A stretch of DNA of 64,000 nucleotides from Parcubacteria group bacterium (GTDB lineage Bacteria > Patescibacteriota > Minisyncoccia > Moranbacterales > JAKLHP01): contig JBBABD010000001.1 of the NCBI GenBank assembly GCA_041657845.1, positions 14,255-78,254 of the forward strand. The letters run 5' to 3'. The notes under the pieces are model-generated. The model had not been told where the DNA came from and ran no database searches. It saw only the letters and a program-made list of their open reading frames with translations. Of the stretch, positions 1-9,564 are shown in pieces (within the stretch, counting starts at the first letter, position 1; each line of letters starts with the position of its first letter). The position numbers were made by a program, and so were the translations under genes.

Positions 1-1
1 C

Positions 2-904
2 GAAGAAGTAATCGAACCGATGTTCCGAGAAGCCAGCTTCATAGTCAATAAAGATTACCATCTTGCCCATTGTCCGGAAAGGATCAATCCCGGCGATCTT
101 AAATGGAACGTAACCAATATTCCGCGAGTAGTCGGTTCTCTTGATAAAACCGGACTTCAAGGCGCGGCTGATTTTTATGAGAATATTGTCGACGGGCAAA
201 TTATGCAAATGAGTTCCATCCGAGAAGCTGAAGCGGTAAAAATTATCGAAAACTCATTTCGAGACATTAATATCGCTTTCGTAAATGAATTGGCGAAATC
301 ATTTGACAGGTTGGGAATTGACGTCGTTGAGGTTATCAAAGGCGCTTCGACCAAGCCTTTTTCTTTTATGGCTCATTGGCCGAGTTGCGGAGTCGGCGGT
401 CATTGCATACCGGTTGATCCGTATTACTTGATAGAAAGAGCCAAACTTTCCGGATTTGATCATGAATTTATGAAAATTGCCAGAAAAGTGAACCTTTCTA
501 TGCCGGAATACACCATTGAACTTCTGCAAGACGCCCTTAATGAAGTCAAAATGCCTCTTAATGGAACAACCGTCGGAGTTTTAGGACTTTCCTATAAAGC
601 CAACGTTTCTGATCTTCGAGAATCTCCTGTGAAAGAATTGGTAAAATTACTTAGGGAAAACAAAGTAAACGTTCTTGTCTTTGATCCATTTGTTCTGGAA
701 AAATCAACCGCCAAAAGCCTAAGCGAACTTTTCAAAAAATCGGACGCCATACTTTTAGCCACCGATCACGATGAATTCAAAAAAATAACCGCCGAAGACC
801 TTAAAAAAAACAGGGTAAAAGTAGTGATCGACGGAAAAAACTGCCTGGACAAAGAATCTATCAAAAAATTAGGAATTGTTTATAAAGGGATTGGAAGACG
901 TTAA
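2..904 (+). CDS. Nucleotide-sugar dehydrogenase, C-terminal part (UDP-glucose/GDP-mannose dehydrogenase family, WecC/UDP-ManNAc or UDP-GlcNAc dehydrogenase-like). The gene starts upstream of the window.
   Basis: The open frame runs from the window edge. It contains the catalytic 'GGHCIPVDP' Cys motif, the central dimerisation helix region and a C-terminal UDP-binding domain. Confidence 0.7.
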   Translation, partial: EEVIEPMFREASFIVNKDYHLAHCPERINPGDLKWNVTNIPRVVGSLDKTGLQGAADFYENIVDGQIMQMSSIREAEAVKIIENSFRDINIAFVNELAKSFDRLGIDVVEVIKGASTKPFSFMAHWPSCGVGGHCIPVDPYYLIERAKLSGFDHEFMKIARKVNLSMPEYTIELLQDALNEVKMPLNGTTVGVLGLSYKANVSDLRESPVKELVKLLRENKVNVLVFDPFVLEKSTAKSLSELFKKSDAILLATDHDEFKKITAEDLKKNRVKVVIDGKNCLDKESIKKLGIVYKGIGRR

Positions 905-977
905 ACGCTAATAGTTGCGAATATAAAACGAATGAATTCGAATTCATTCGGTATAATTCGCGACAATTTGCATTCAT

Positions 978-1217
978 ATGTTTTCACTAATTAAATTTAT
1001 AATCTGGCTTACAGGACTCGTCGTTGTCTCCTATTTTGTGCTGAGCTATTTCGGTTATGAACCTAATATGAATTATTTCAAAGAAAGCAAGTCCGAGTGT
1101 CAGCAAAAACTCAACGACTGCGGAAAAGAATATGTCGAACAAGGAACCAAAAACGCCAAATGCGATTTTGACTGCGTTAATGTCGGATCACTTATTATCA
1201 AAAAACAAGCTAAATAA
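978..1217 (+). CDS. Small membrane-anchored Cys-rich hypothetical protein.
   Basis: 79-aa ORF with an N-terminal TM helix followed by a tail containing four Cys. Confidence 0.35.
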   Translation: MFSLIKFIIWLTGLVVVSYFVLSYFGYEPNMNYFKESKSECQQKLNDCGKEYVEQGTKNAKCDFDCVNVGSLIIKKQAK

Positions 1218-1264
1218 ATTCGAAATTTGTATATTTGTACAAAATTCGTAATTCGTAGTTTTTT

Positions 1265-2215
1265 ATGAAACTAGTCGTTAATATTCCTGCCTATAACGAA
1301 GAAGAAAAAATAGCGCAAACCATAAAGGAAATACCCCGAAACATTCCCGGAATCGATGAGGTTTTTGTTCAAGTCGTGGATGACGGATCAAAAGACAAAA
1401 CCGTCCAAAAATCCCGGGAAGCCGGAGCTGATTTTGTTTTTTCCCACAATGTAAATCGCGGAATCGGAATTACTTTCCGGACTTCGGTCGGAAAAGCCCT
1501 CAGGAATGGCGCCGATATTATGGTTAACATTGATGCCGATGGACAATTTAATCCAGAAGATATTTCCAAAATAATCAAACCGATTCTGGATGGCGAAGCC
1601 GATATGGTAAGTGCCGACCGGTTTGGAAAACATAAAGCCAAAAATATTCCCTGGATAAAAAGTTTTCTTAATCGCGTGATCGCTTCTATTATTGGAAAAT
1701 TTTTGAACTACAAAATCAACGACCTCACTTGCGGATTCCGAGCCTACAACCGTGAAACCTTACTAAGACTGAATCTTCCGGGAAATTTTACCTACACTCA
1801 GGAAACTATCATTGATGCCATCGGAAAAAACCTGAAAGTAATTTGGGTTCCGGTTGAAGTTATTTATTTCGCCGATAGAGAATCACGAGTTGTAAAAAGC
1901 GTTTATAAATATATAAATAATAGCAGCCGAATAATCCTTAAAGCTGTCCGCGATGTCCGTCCGATGAAATTCTTCGGCGGTCCAGGATTAATTTTGATAT
2001 CCGCTTCGTTTATATTATTCCTAGTTTTCGCCGTAATGTATTTCCAGGATTTTAAGATTACTCCTTACCGAAACTATCTTTTGGCCGCCATCACCTTGCT
2101 TCTCATTGGTATGCAATTTGTTATCTTCGCCCTCATCGCCGATATGGTCAAATCCAGCCGCAAACTTACTGAAGATCAGATGTATTTGATCAGGAAGGAA
2201 AAGTATAAGAAATAG
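1265..2215 (+). CDS. GT2 polyprenyl-phosphate glycosyltransferase (DPM1/ArnC/GtrB-like) with a C-terminal membrane anchor.
   Basis: It has the 'NIPAYNEEE...VVDDGSKD' motif and a 'DADGQ' DxD motif. Two predicted TM helices lie at the C-terminus. Confidence 0.8.
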   Translation: MKLVVNIPAYNEEEKIAQTIKEIPRNIPGIDEVFVQVVDDGSKDKTVQKSREAGADFVFSHNVNRGIGITFRTSVGKALRNGADIMVNIDADGQFNPEDISKIIKPILDGEADMVSADRFGKHKAKNIPWIKSFLNRVIASIIGKFLNYKINDLTCGFRAYNRETLLRLNLPGNFTYTQETIIDAIGKNLKVIWVPVEVIYFADRESRVVKSVYKYINNSSRIILKAVRDVRPMKFFGGPGLILISASFILFLVFAVMYFQDFKITPYRNYLLAAITLLLIGMQFVIFALIADMVKSSRKLTEDQMYLIRKEKYKK

Positions 2216-2283
2216 TTTTATTTTTCAGCTCTTTTCAAAACGAATATTTTTAGAAGGTAAAAATTTAATGAAGGAGGTTGCTC

Positions 2284-2504
2284 ATGCGTAAAAAAATTGC
2301 AGAAAATGATGCAGATGTAGCTCAAATATGCATTGGAGTGAAGACAATGCAAGAGTAACTATCGAAGTTGAGAAAAGCGGTTCAATCAGGAATATATGAC
2401 GAAAGATCAATAGTCGGAGACGCTGTCCTGCTAATGGAGGCAGCCACAGAAAGGATAGGGGAAGCAGTTTCTAATCTTAGAAAAAAGGAGGGACTATGAA
2501 TCTT
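2284..2504 (+). pseudogene. Small reading frame preceded by a strong Shine-Dalgarno sequence and interrupted by one in-frame TAA stop (possible pseudogene or two micro-ORFs).
   Basis: 'gaaggagg' lies 6 nt upstream of the ATG at 2284. The frame reads MRKKIAENDADVAQICIGVKTMQE-stop-LSKLRKAVQSGIYDERSIVGDAVLLMEAATERIGEAVSNLRKKEGL. The region has locally elevated GC. Confidence 0.2.
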
Positions 2505-2762
2505 TGGACTATGCTTGTTATACAAAACGGGAACGACATCAGATGTTTTGCATTGGGTCCTAACGAAAAAGGGCTATGGGCTGGAGGAATAGCTCAATAC
2601 AAAGATGGTTTTCATCACACTTGGCTTACAACTTCAAGCTACGGATTTTATTCCGCCGAAGGAGCGAAAGAAACGATGGAAAATATCATCAAAGAAGTCC
2701 GAAGGTTAGATTTAGGAACTGAAATAAGAAAAATAAATTCAGTTTTCTCTGGGGAAACATAG
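2496..2762 (+). CDS. Hypothetical small protein (88 aa).
   Basis: The ORF has an 'aaaaaggaggg' ribosome-binding site 5 nt upstream. Its composition is distinct from the flanking genes. Confidence 0.4.
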   Translation: MNLWTMLVIQNGNDIRCFALGPNEKGLWAGGIAQYKDGFHHTWLTTSSYGFYSAEGAKETMENIIKEVRRLDLGTEIRKINSVFSGET

Positions 2763-2784
2763 TTTCCCCGCTTTCTAAAAATAT

Positions 2785-3888
2785 TTGTTTAATATTTCAA
2801 AACATTTGATGAAAATTTTATTTATTTCTCGAGCTTATCCGCCGATTGTCGGCGGAATCGAGAACCAGAATTACGAACTGGGAAAATGGCTCGGGAAAAT
2901 TGCGCAGGTCAAAATAATCGCGAACAAAAAAGGCAAAATATTTCTGCCTTTATTTTTGCCTTATGCGATAATTAAATCATTACTTATTGCCAGAAAATAC
3001 GATGCCATTCTGCTTGGCGACGGAGTTTTGGGAATAGCGACCTACAAATTAAAGTTCTTCTTCCCCAAGAAACCAATAATCTGCGTCGTCCACGGACTGG
3101 ATTTGACTTTCAAATCAGCCATCTATCAAAAGCTCTGGGTAAATATATTTTTGAAGCACAGCGTTGATAAATTTATTGCGGTAGGAAATGAAACGGTCAA
3201 AGTCGCCAAGGAAAAAGGAATTACGGAAAATAAAGTGGTTTTTATTCCTAATGGAGTCGACACTGAAAAAAATATCGGGAATCATTCGCGCCAAGAGATT
3301 GAAAAAATAATTGGAGAAACGATCGAAAATAAAAAATTTCTGCTCACTTCCGGCCGGCTGGCTAAACGAAAAGGAGCCGCTTGGTTCATTCGAAATGTTT
3401 TACCCAAGCTTCCGGAAAATGTCATTTATATTATTGCCGGCGACGGACCAGACAAGGAAAACATCCATGATGCCACCAGGGAAACAAAATTGGAATCAAG
3501 AGTTAAATTATTGGGATATGTCGAGGATAATGTCAGAAATATTTTATTCAATGCTTGCGACCTATTCATTCAGCCCAATATTAAAGTTCCCAGCGACATG
3601 GAAGGATTTGGCATTTCAGTGATTGAAGCCGCTTCTTGCAAAATTCCGGTTATCGCCTCTAATCTTGAAGGCTTGAAAGATGCTATAATAAATGAAGAAA
3701 ACGGATTCTTGGTTGAATCGGAAAATACTGATGCTTGGATACGAAAAATCAATGAATTATTAGCTGACGATAATTTCCGAAAAGAATTTGGCGAAAAAGC
3801 ACGGCAGTTTGTGATTGAAAACTATAGATGGGAAATTATTGCAGAAAAGTATTTAGAAGAAATAGAAAATATCATAAAAAAATATTAA
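2785..3888 (+). CDS. GT4 (group 1) glycosyltransferase.
   Basis: The C-terminal domain carries 'EGFGISVIEAASCKIPVIASN...NGFLVE', matching the E-x7-E motif of GT4 enzymes. Confidence 0.8.
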   Translation: MFNISKHLMKILFISRAYPPIVGGIENQNYELGKWLGKIAQVKIIANKKGKIFLPLFLPYAIIKSLLIARKYDAILLGDGVLGIATYKLKFFFPKKPIICVVHGLDLTFKSAIYQKLWVNIFLKHSVDKFIAVGNETVKVAKEKGITENKVVFIPNGVDTEKNIGNHSRQEIEKIIGETIENKKFLLTSGRLAKRKGAAWFIRNVLPKLPENVIYIIAGDGPDKENIHDATRETKLESRVKLLGYVEDNVRNILFNACDLFIQPNIKVPSDMEGFGISVIEAASCKIPVIASNLEGLKDAIINEENGFLVESENTDAWIRKINELLADDNFRKEFGEKARQFVIENYRWEIIAEKYLEEIENIIKKY

Positions 3889-3898
3889 TACCCGTCAT

Positions 3899-4010
3899 GT
3901 CATTCCTGGCTTGACCAGGAATCTACGCCGTCGGATTACACTAGTCTTGATATTTATACATTAAGCTTGTGATTATCGTTTGTGTAGATTCCTGCTTTCG
4001 CAGGAATGAC
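3899..4010. repeat. MITE-like ~110-bp element, copy A, with 28-bp hairpin-forming terminal inverted repeats.
   Basis: The left end is 'gtcattcctggcttgaccaggaatctac' and the right end is 'gtagattcctgctttcgcaggaatgac'; each end is itself a stem-loop. The element is homologous to the reverse complement of 36495..36604. Confidence 0.7.
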
Positions 4011-4020
4011 AAAAGATTAA

Positions 4021-5952
4021 ATGGCATTTCGATTTATATCCTCACAATTCATCTTCTATATCTCAATAATCTTGGTTCTTTTCATTCCCGGCTATTTTTT
4101 GCTGCTCGCTATTGAATCCAAAAAGAAACTCTTTTCGTCTATTGAAAAATTTGTTTTTTCTTTCGGTTTCAGTATTATTATTGTCGACCTTCTGATGATG
4201 CTAATGGGAAGATTGAATATCCTATTCACTAAAATATCAATAATTCTAGGAATTTTTGTTTTTTCTGCTGTCTGTTTCGCGATTTATAAAATTAAGAATA
4301 AAAAACAAGGAGAAATAAAGGATAGTGCTTTTAATTTTTCTAAAAACCAAATCATCCTGATAATATTGCTCTTATTCTTAACAATTTTCATCAAAACCGC
4401 TTATCTTAAAAATTCTATTTTCCCCACCTCCACCGATCTCGGCCATCATATGTATTGGACAAAAACCATTGCCGAAACCGGGAAACTTCCAATTTATGCG
4501 GAAAGCGATATTATCCAAATTGATGGAAATTACCAAGTGAGCCAGCCGGAAAAAATTGCCGATTTTATTATCGGGGAACATCTAATTTTTGCAGCTGTGC
4601 AAATAATTTCCGGCGTTGAATTTGTCTCGTATTTTCCAATTCTAATTTTGTTTCTGGTCAATATTGTCAGCGTTTTGGCAATTTTCGTTACAACTATCCG
4701 GTTATTTGAAAATTACTCATTTGGAAAAAACGCTGGAATAATTTCACTTTTCCTGATCGGTCCGCTTTATGCAATTTCATCTTCACAGGCCAAATTTGTC
4801 AGCGGGGGAGTAATTGGCAACACGATAGGAAACTTGCTGATCCCCTTTTCGATATATTTTATTTTCCGCGCTCTCAAGGAAAAAAACTCGATTTTTCTTT
4901 CCCTATCTCTTCTCTCAACTCTCGGAATGGCTTATACCCATCATTTGACAACATTTATTTTTATCTTTATCTTTATTTTCAGCGCCATTATTTTCTCAAT
5001 TTTGAATTACAACGAAATAGGTTCTCATTTCAAGGAATGGATGAAAATAATTCTAAAACCTCAAATATTAATACTAATTTTTGTTTCCCTTCTCTTTGTT
5101 TTCGCAGTTTATATGCCAGCTTATCTCAACGCCAAGGCAGTTGGAACGGCAGTTGGCGGACCATCAAAAGATACTCGCGCCGGATTAACATTCAATCAGC
5201 TCAAGTTAACAGCAGGAGAATCGAGGATGATCTTGGGACTCGTTGGCGTTGTAATCTTAATCGCTATCAAAAAAAGAAAAAATTATGAAATTGCTTTCGT
5301 TTCTGGATGGGCTATTTCAATTTTAGTAATGTCTCTCTGGCCTCAGATCTTGCTTCTCGACCTTCCTTCCGCCAGAATCGCCAATTACGCTTCCTTTCCG
5401 CTCGCAATTTCCGGAGCCTTTGCTCTGGCTTATATTATAGATAAAATAAAATCTGCTGACGGAAAATATTATATAAATCAAAAATTGTTTTATGCTGTAT
5501 GCTTTATGCTATTTGTCTTTGCTTTAGCAAACGGATTTTACGATAATTCTCAATCCATTAAAGCCCAAAGCAATTATCAAAAAGCGCTTCAAACTGTTGA
5601 TGCTTCTGATTATCTTGGAAAAAATGCCACCAAATCAGATTTGGCAGTAAAAGACCACAACTATATTACTGCGGATTCTTGGATAAAGTTATCTTTTATG
5701 AACGGATACAATTATCCTTTCTCCAGAGGGTATTTCAAAAGATATGAAGATGAGACCAAGCCAAGGGAAATGTGCACGCTTTGGATGATTTCGACGCCCA
5801 ACACTCCGGAAGGACAAAAATGCTTCAATGATTTAGGGGTGAATTTTGCAATGGTCAATCCCCAATTCGACAGCGCCCAATTTCAAAAATCAAAAGAATT
5901 CTGGCAAGTATATGATGGGAAAGAAATAAATATTTATTACAGAAATAAATGA
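4021..5952 (+). CDS. Large polytopic membrane protein (643 aa) with a C-terminal soluble domain; possible GT-C-fold glycosyltransferase of unknown specificity.
   Basis: It has more than ten predicted TM helices and a ~160-aa extracytoplasmic C-terminal domain. Its architecture resembles other GT-C candidates in this window. Confidence 0.4.
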   Translation: MAFRFISSQFIFYISIILVLFIPGYFLLLAIESKKKLFSSIEKFVFSFGFSIIIVDLLMMLMGRLNILFTKISIILGIFVFSAVCFAIYKIKNKKQGEIKDSAFNFSKNQIILIILLLFLTIFIKTAYLKNSIFPTSTDLGHHMYWTKTIAETGKLPIYAESDIIQIDGNYQVSQPEKIADFIIGEHLIFAAVQIISGVEFVSYFPILILFLVNIVSVLAIFVTTIRLFENYSFGKNAGIISLFLIGPLYAISSSQAKFVSGGVIGNTIGNLLIPFSIYFIFRALKEKNSIFLSLSLLSTLGMAYTHHLTTFIFIFIFIFSAIIFSILNYNEIGSHFKEWMKIILKPQILILIFVSLLFVFAVYMPAYLNAKAVGTAVGGPSKDTRAGLTFNQLKLTAGESRMILGLVGVVILIAIKKRKNYEIAFVSGWAISILVMSLWPQILLLDLPSARIANYASFPLAISGAFALAYIIDKIKSADGKYYINQKLFYAVCFMLFVFALANGFYDNSQSIKAQSNYQKALQTVDASDYLGKNATKSDLAVKDHNYITADSWIKLSFMNGYNYPFSRGYFKRYEDETKPREMCTLWMISTPNTPEGQKCFNDLGVNFAMVNPQFDSAQFQKSKEFWQVYDGKEINIYYRNK

Positions 5953-6305
5953 AAAAAATAATCATCGCATTAATAATATTTCTTATTCTAAGCTTCGGTT
6001 TCCTGGCCTACGCCGAAACTCGCCAAGCGTCTCCGCAGTCCCAAAACTGGTGGGTCATTTATTTTGCAAACCCCAAAAACGACAACCTTAATTTTGTGAT
6101 TGAAAATAACAGCGACCAGACCAAATTCCACTGGGCGGTATTGAGCGATAAAGATATATTAAAAGAAGCGGATGTTGAAATAGCCAAAGGTGCGAAAAAG
6201 GAAATAAACCTTACGAAGTCCGACTTCGGAAATTTGAGCAACAAGAAAATCAGCATAACTGTAGTCGCTGATAACGAAAAAAAGGAAATATATAAAAACT
6301 TTTAA
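5949..6305 (+). CDS. Small secreted hypothetical protein (118 aa).
   Basis: It has an N-terminal signal peptide ('MKKIIIALIIFLILSFGFLAYA') and overlaps the upstream gene by 4 bp (ATGA). Confidence 0.4.
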   Translation: MKKIIIALIIFLILSFGFLAYAETRQASPQSQNWWVIYFANPKNDNLNFVIENNSDQTKFHWAVLSDKDILKEADVEIAKGAKKEINLTKSDFGNLSNKKISITVVADNEKKEIYKNF

Positions 6306-7429
6306 TGTATCTCGAATTGATGAAAAAAATACTTCTAGTCACTCGTCCAATTTGTCCGCCTTGGGATGAAGCTTCCAAGAATTTTGCCTATTATCTGGCC
6401 AAAAATATCAAAAACATCGAGGTTCATATTCTGACCAATGGAATTTTGCCAGATCTTCCGCAAAGCATTATCCAGGAAAATATCTACGATTCAAGCAGTT
6501 TCGGATTATCTCAAAAAATGAAACTCATTAAGTTTCTCCGAAAAAATAGAGGGACTTTCGATATCGTTCACTATCTTTTCACGCCGACAAAACTTAATTC
6601 GTTTTTAATAAAAACTTTTGCCAAATTAACCAAGGGAAAAACGATTCAAACTATCGCTACTCTCCGAGAAGATTTGTACTCCGATGAAGATTTAAAAAAG
6701 ATACTGTTCGCTGATTTGATAACCACCTACTCTGATTATTCCAAAAATGAATTAGAAAGATTGGGATTTGGCAGCACAAAGAGAATTTATCCCGGAATTG
6801 ATATTGATTTATTTTACCCCGCTCCAAAAAGTTTGGAACTTTTGAAAAAATTCGGTTTTGCGTCGGATGATTTTGTAATTAATTTTACCGGCGAATATAC
6901 CCGGCTTGGAGCGATTGATGATGTAATTAATAGTTTTATTGAAATATCCAAAAAGATACCCAACGCCAAATTATCGCTGGCCGTTCGGATAAAAAACGGC
7001 AATGACGCGCAAAAGAAAAATGAAGTAGCAGCAACATTAAAAAATAATAATATTTTCAACAGGGTTTCTTTTCAGTATGACGGAAGCTATGAGATGCAGG
7101 ACATTTTTAATCTTTGCGACGTCAGCATTTTTCCCGTCCAAAATATGAAAGGAAAATTCGATGTGCCTCTGGCCATTATTGAAGCAATGTCCTGCGAAAA
7201 ACCAGTGATCATTTCCGATTTGCCGATTCTCAGAGAATTCGCAAATGACCAAAATTCTGTTACAATAGAAGCAGGAAAAGCGAAACAGTTATCCGAAAAG
7301 ATTTTGGATGTTTATGAATATAAAGATCGTTATGTTGAAATTGGCAAGAATGCCAGAAAATACGTCGTAGAAAATTTCGACATCAAAAAAGTCGCAGAAA
7401 AATATCAAGAGATTTACAAAAATTTATAA
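6305..7429 (+). CDS. GT4-like glycosyltransferase.
   Basis: The C-terminal block 'LAIIEAMSCEKPVIISD' is typical of GT4 nucleotide-sugar binding domains. Confidence 0.6.
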   Translation: MYLELMKKILLVTRPICPPWDEASKNFAYYLAKNIKNIEVHILTNGILPDLPQSIIQENIYDSSSFGLSQKMKLIKFLRKNRGTFDIVHYLFTPTKLNSFLIKTFAKLTKGKTIQTIATLREDLYSDEDLKKILFADLITTYSDYSKNELERLGFGSTKRIYPGIDIDLFYPAPKSLELLKKFGFASDDFVINFTGEYTRLGAIDDVINSFIEISKKIPNAKLSLAVRIKNGNDAQKKNEVAATLKNNNIFNRVSFQYDGSYEMQDIFNLCDVSIFPVQNMKGKFDVPLAIIEAMSCEKPVIISDLPILREFANDQNSVTIEAGKAKQLSEKILDVYEYKDRYVEIGKNARKYVVENFDIKKVAEKYQEIYKNL

Positions 7430-7499
7430 GTCCTATAAGTCAAGTATGCCTAATATAACTAGTCTGTCTAACAGCAAAAAAGAATTTCAAACCCCGAAT

Positions 7500-8939
7500 A
7501 TGAAAATACCGGTTATTTTGCATGCCTCGGAAAATCTGCTTCCTAATGAAGAAACTTTTGAGCAATTGGAATATATTGCCGAAGATGAAAGATTTTTTCA
7601 TCATATTGCCGCTATGAGCGACGTTCATCCCAAAAAAGGACGAAAAGCTCCGACTGGAACTGTAGCAGCTAGCGAGCACTTCCTCTTTCCTCAAATTAAT
7701 GACACCGCTCCCAATTGCGGAATGCGGTTCCTTAAAACCGATTTGGATGAAAACAATACCCCGCCGGAAAAAATTGATGAACTTTTCAAGGAATTAGTGA
7801 AAGTTATTCCGACCAAAAAACTGCAAGGCGTTCCGATTCCCTATCAAATGGCCGTAGATATCGCTAGAGACGGAATTCATCCGCTTACTGAATATTTCCA
7901 GACCAGAACCAAAAATGAAATTGAAAATTCCTATGAAGGAGGAAATTTTTTTCGCAATGATATTCCGACTGTGCGGGAAATTTTAGATGTTGTGCCGAAA
8001 TTATTTCTGAAAATCGCCCAACATCGGCTGGGAATTTTGGGCGCGGCGGGAAATCATTTTTTGGATTTAATGAAAATTACTGAAATAAAAAATTCGGAAG
8101 TAGCGCAGAAATTCGGCTTGCGTCCCGGGCAATATATTTTTCTTATGCACACCGGATCGGGACTAGTCGGACAATATGTTTCCTATATGTACACTCCAAA
8201 AGCAAAAGAGCACAAAAGCCAGAAAATGATGCTGGAACTGGGAATCTCCCTTTTTGACAGCCAGCTCAAAAAAGTTTACAAAAATCTTTACCAAAAAATA
8301 AAGAAACATGAGAAATTGAAAAATTTCTTTGGATATGAAGATTCCAGCCTTGAAGGAAGAATGTTTATTAATGCCCATAGAGCTTCGGCTAATTTTGGCT
8401 TTGCCAACCGAACCGTGCTCACCGATCAAATAGACAAAGCTATGGAAAGAGTTTTTGGCCGGCAAGTTAGTTTGGATATGCTTTACGATTCTCCGCACAT
8501 TTCAATCGAAAAGGAAAATCATTTCGAAAAAGATGTCTGGGTTCATCGAAACGGATCGGTTCGTGCCAATGGCTCGGCAAGAATGCAGCACCATCCGATT
8601 TTCAAAGAAACCGGAGAACCGGTTTTTATTCCTTCTTCAATGGCTACTCCGGCTTATCTTGGCGTCGGAACGGATGAAAACGTTTCTACTTTCTTTTCCG
8701 CCGGACACGGAACCGGAAGAAGAAGAAATCCGAATCCGGATACTCCCGAAAATAAGAAAAAACTTTTTGACAAAGTTAGAGAGAAAAAAGTTAAATTATA
8801 TAATGCCCAATCCAAAGAGGTCATCCTGCAAGACAGCGCGTATTACAAAGACGTGGAAGAAGTAATCAGCGGGATGGTGGAAAACAGGATAATAAATGTA
8901 GTCGCCAAAATGGAACCGGTGGCGGTGCTAATGTATTAG
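7500..8939 (+). CDS. RtcB-like RNA ligase family protein (divergent).
   Basis: The N-terminus 'MKIPVILHASENLL' resembles the RtcB N-terminus. Other matches are 'AAMSDVHPKKG' (metal-binding PDxHxGxG block), 'NCGMRF', 'VHRNGSVRA', 'IPSSMATPAYL' and the C-terminal 'HGTGRR' (the HGAGR block of RtcB). Confidence 0.55.
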   Translation: MKIPVILHASENLLPNEETFEQLEYIAEDERFFHHIAAMSDVHPKKGRKAPTGTVAASEHFLFPQINDTAPNCGMRFLKTDLDENNTPPEKIDELFKELVKVIPTKKLQGVPIPYQMAVDIARDGIHPLTEYFQTRTKNEIENSYEGGNFFRNDIPTVREILDVVPKLFLKIAQHRLGILGAAGNHFLDLMKITEIKNSEVAQKFGLRPGQYIFLMHTGSGLVGQYVSYMYTPKAKEHKSQKMMLELGISLFDSQLKKVYKNLYQKIKKHEKLKNFFGYEDSSLEGRMFINAHRASANFGFANRTVLTDQIDKAMERVFGRQVSLDMLYDSPHISIEKENHFEKDVWVHRNGSVRANGSARMQHHPIFKETGEPVFIPSSMATPAYLGVGTDENVSTFFSAGHGTGRRRNPNPDTPENKKKLFDKVREKKVKLYNAQSKEVILQDSAYYKDVEEVISGMVENRIINVVAKMEPVAVLMY

Positions 8940-8947
8940 AAAATTCA

Positions 8948-9559
8948 ATGAAAATAATCTCGATCTCCGGCCTCGACGGCTCAGGAAAATCTACTCAAAT
9001 CCAGCTATTAAAAAAATATCTAGAATCGCAAGGCAAGCGGGTTTTTTATTTTCACGCGATTGAGTTTGGAATCGCCAACAAAATTTCTTCCCATCATTGC
9101 TGTGATTATGGAAAAGAAAATGAGAACAAAGAGAAAAGCGTAACCAGGTCAAATAAACTGGGAATAATCCTTCGAAAGATTTTTTTAAGAATAGACTTCT
9201 GGCGTTTCAAAAAATTGTTTAAAAAATTAGAAAAAGAACATTTTGATTTTATTTTAAGCGACAGATTTTTTTACGATTCCTTGATTAATATTAGCTATTT
9301 GGAAAATTGTGGCATTGAAAATTGGAAATTTATTGAAAATTGGAAATTGAAAATTGAAAATTTATCAATCTACCTCCAAACAAATCCAAAAATAATAATG
9401 CAACGCGAAAGAAAACCGGATCAAGGAATTGAATATTTGGAAAAGAAAAAAGAAATTTATGATAAATACGCCGAAATTTGGAATTTGAAAATTATTGACG
9501 GAAACCGAACGCAGGAAGAAGTTTTCGAGGATGTGAAAAGGTCTTCAGGCGTTGCCTAA
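8948..9559 (+). CDS. P-loop nucleoside/nucleotide kinase, thymidylate-kinase-like.
   Basis: It has the Walker A motif 'ISGLDGSGKSTQ' and 'LSDRFFYDSLI', which corresponds to the DRY/LID region of Tmk-like kinases. There is a Cys-rich insertion and an internal in-frame nucleotide tandem repeat at 9300..9365. Confidence 0.55.
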   Translation: MKIISISGLDGSGKSTQIQLLKKYLESQGKRVFYFHAIEFGIANKISSHHCCDYGKENENKEKSVTRSNKLGIILRKIFLRIDFWRFKKLFKKLEKEHFDFILSDRFFYDSLINISYLENCGIENWKFIENWKLKIENLSIYLQTNPKIIMQRERKPDQGIEYLEKKKEIYDKYAEIWNLKIIDGNRTQEEVFEDVKRSSGVA

Positions 9560-9564
9560 AGACC

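Noticed and set aside
1369-1641. Antisense ORFs of 80-90 aa inside the GT2 gene. Similar shadow ORFs occur elsewhere, e.g. 3311..3622, 8455..8865, 16252..16668, 22917..23321 and 49301..49906.
   Set aside because: They lie wholly within longer, well-supported genes on the opposite strand or in another frame. They have low-complexity composition and no ribosome-binding site.
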